NCBI RefSeq assembly: GCF_009914755.1
Contig: NC_060925.1
Reading direction: 5' to 3' (one strand)
DNA length: 64,000 nt
Source of the DNA: the human T2T-CHM13v2.0 reference genome, Homo sapiens
The position numbers and the translations under genes were made by a program. The notes beneath the pieces are model-generated. The model saw only the letters and a list, made by a program, of their open reading frames with translations. It made no database searches and was not told the DNA's origin. Shown here piece after piece: positions 62,279 to 64,000 of this stretch; the stretch's first letter is position 1; each line of letters begins with the position of its first letter.

Positions 62279-62420
62279 AGCCAAGCATGGTAGAGCATGC
62301 CTACAGTCCCAGCTACTTAAGAAGCTGGGGCAAGAGGACTGATGGAGCCCAGGAGTTCAAAACCAGCCTGAGCAACACGGCAAAACCCCCTTCTCTAAAA
62401 TAATTATGATTAAAAAAAAG
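62279..62420 (+). mobile_element. Alu monomer
   Basis: TSD acaagtcaccaa. Confidence 0.75.
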
Positions 62421-62537
62421 ACAAGTCACCAACCCTACTTTAGGTTATATGTCCACGGGTTTTAACATGCTGTCTTTAAATAGGGAGGTATCACAAGCTA
62501 GCTTGCACCAAAAACAAGTTCAAATTAACTTTTTTTA

Positions 62538-62897
<360 letters not shown>

Positions 62898-63214
62898 CTA
62901 AAACAACAACAATTATAGTTAGCTAACTGCACCAAATAACAGACAGGACACAATCAATCCAAGGCAAGCTCCTCATTGACTATCTCCCACAGAAGAGTCA
63001 GGAAAGGGGCACTGAGACTCCATCATTTCAGTAGGCGCAGGAATTTGTTCTCATCCAAGACCACCCTATCCCAACCCCTATTCTACTCACTCTGGGAGAG
63101 GGAGGCAGGCAAGGCAGAAAATATTTTGGCAAAGATAGGAATAGGATTCCCCTATATTCCCATAAAGCAAACATTTAGGGAATGTTTGGCCCCGCCCAGT
63201 GCTCAGGACATTCC

Positions 63215-63400
63215 ATGCAATCATTATCTTACTTAATCCTATGGGGAAAGTATTCTCTCATTTAATCTACGGTTTAGGAGCTATCATCGCCCTACTTCAC
63301 AGATGAGGAAACTGAGGCACAGAAAGATCAAGTAAAGATGTTCACCACACTGAGCCAGCAGGTGGTGAAGCCAAGACTCCAACCCAGCCAGGAGGACCCC
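63215..63400. mobile_element. MIR
   Basis: cacagatgaggaaactgaggcacaga core. Confidence 0.75.
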
Positions 63401-64000
63401 TACTCTTGCCTCATTCTCCGCAAAGCAGCGTAAAGTCACACTAGATTATGTTCTTTCTTTTTAGCATTTCTTAAGTTTTTTGACTGTGCTAATTTCACAC
63501 AAAAACAAAATATTTAAAGTGGCTAAAATTTAAGAGCTTTTTAAAGAAAGTAAGTCTGTAATAGTATGCTAGTTTTTCAGTACATATGAATAAAGATGCA
63601 GGTTTATCTACATATTCCCTTTAGGACCAGACTTGTTTCTTGTCAAAGCTAATCAACTTTTCTCACCCTGCGTCTTTTCAACCCTGTGTAGTGTCTGGCA
63701 CCATGGACACCTTCCCACCTCGCAAAGATGCTCCAGACACTCCAAGTTTCTGAGTTCCAACTTGCAGATAATGTAGAGAAACAGCAGGTACAAAGATCCT
63801 CCTGCTCTATCTACCTCCCCATACTGTGGCTGTCACTCAGAATTCTCATTGGAAATCCACCTTTCCTGTACACATCTAGTCTTCTTACACAAAGATTGGC
63901 TTTGTCTAAGACTTGCATCTCCAGTGCTGAACACAGTCCATAGTATAAGGTAATACTCCAGAAAAACTTGCTAACTTCCTAAATAAAATACTAGGTTCTG

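Overview
Human (primate) genomic DNA, almost entirely intronic, from the RERE gene (atrophin-2; 1p36 from recall) on the minus strand. Two consecutive phase-0 coding exons are present: 62799-62897 ([33 protein letters not shown]) and 19594-19674 ([27 protein letters not shown]). They cover the ELM2-to-SANT transition and are separated by a 43.1 kb intron. About 0.7 kb upstream of the second exon is an intragenic CpG island (~20250-21230). It looks like the internal promoter of the short RERE isoform and probably also drives a plus-strand antisense RNA. The rest is Alu, L1, L2, MIR, MER and MaLR repeats plus long repeat-poor blocks. I found no evidence of a new multi-gene system. The most interesting sequence-level observations are: (1) a MaLR (MST-type) element with the structure of an L1-retrotransposed mRNA copy; (2) a 71-bp inverted templated insertion inside an Alu; (3) a single TSD-bounded L1 lacking almost all of ORF2; (4) an AUG-less, stop-free frame in the internal first exon that splices in frame into the RERE CDS; (5) a young AluYb8. 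Repeat subfamily calls and boundaries are by eye and approximate.
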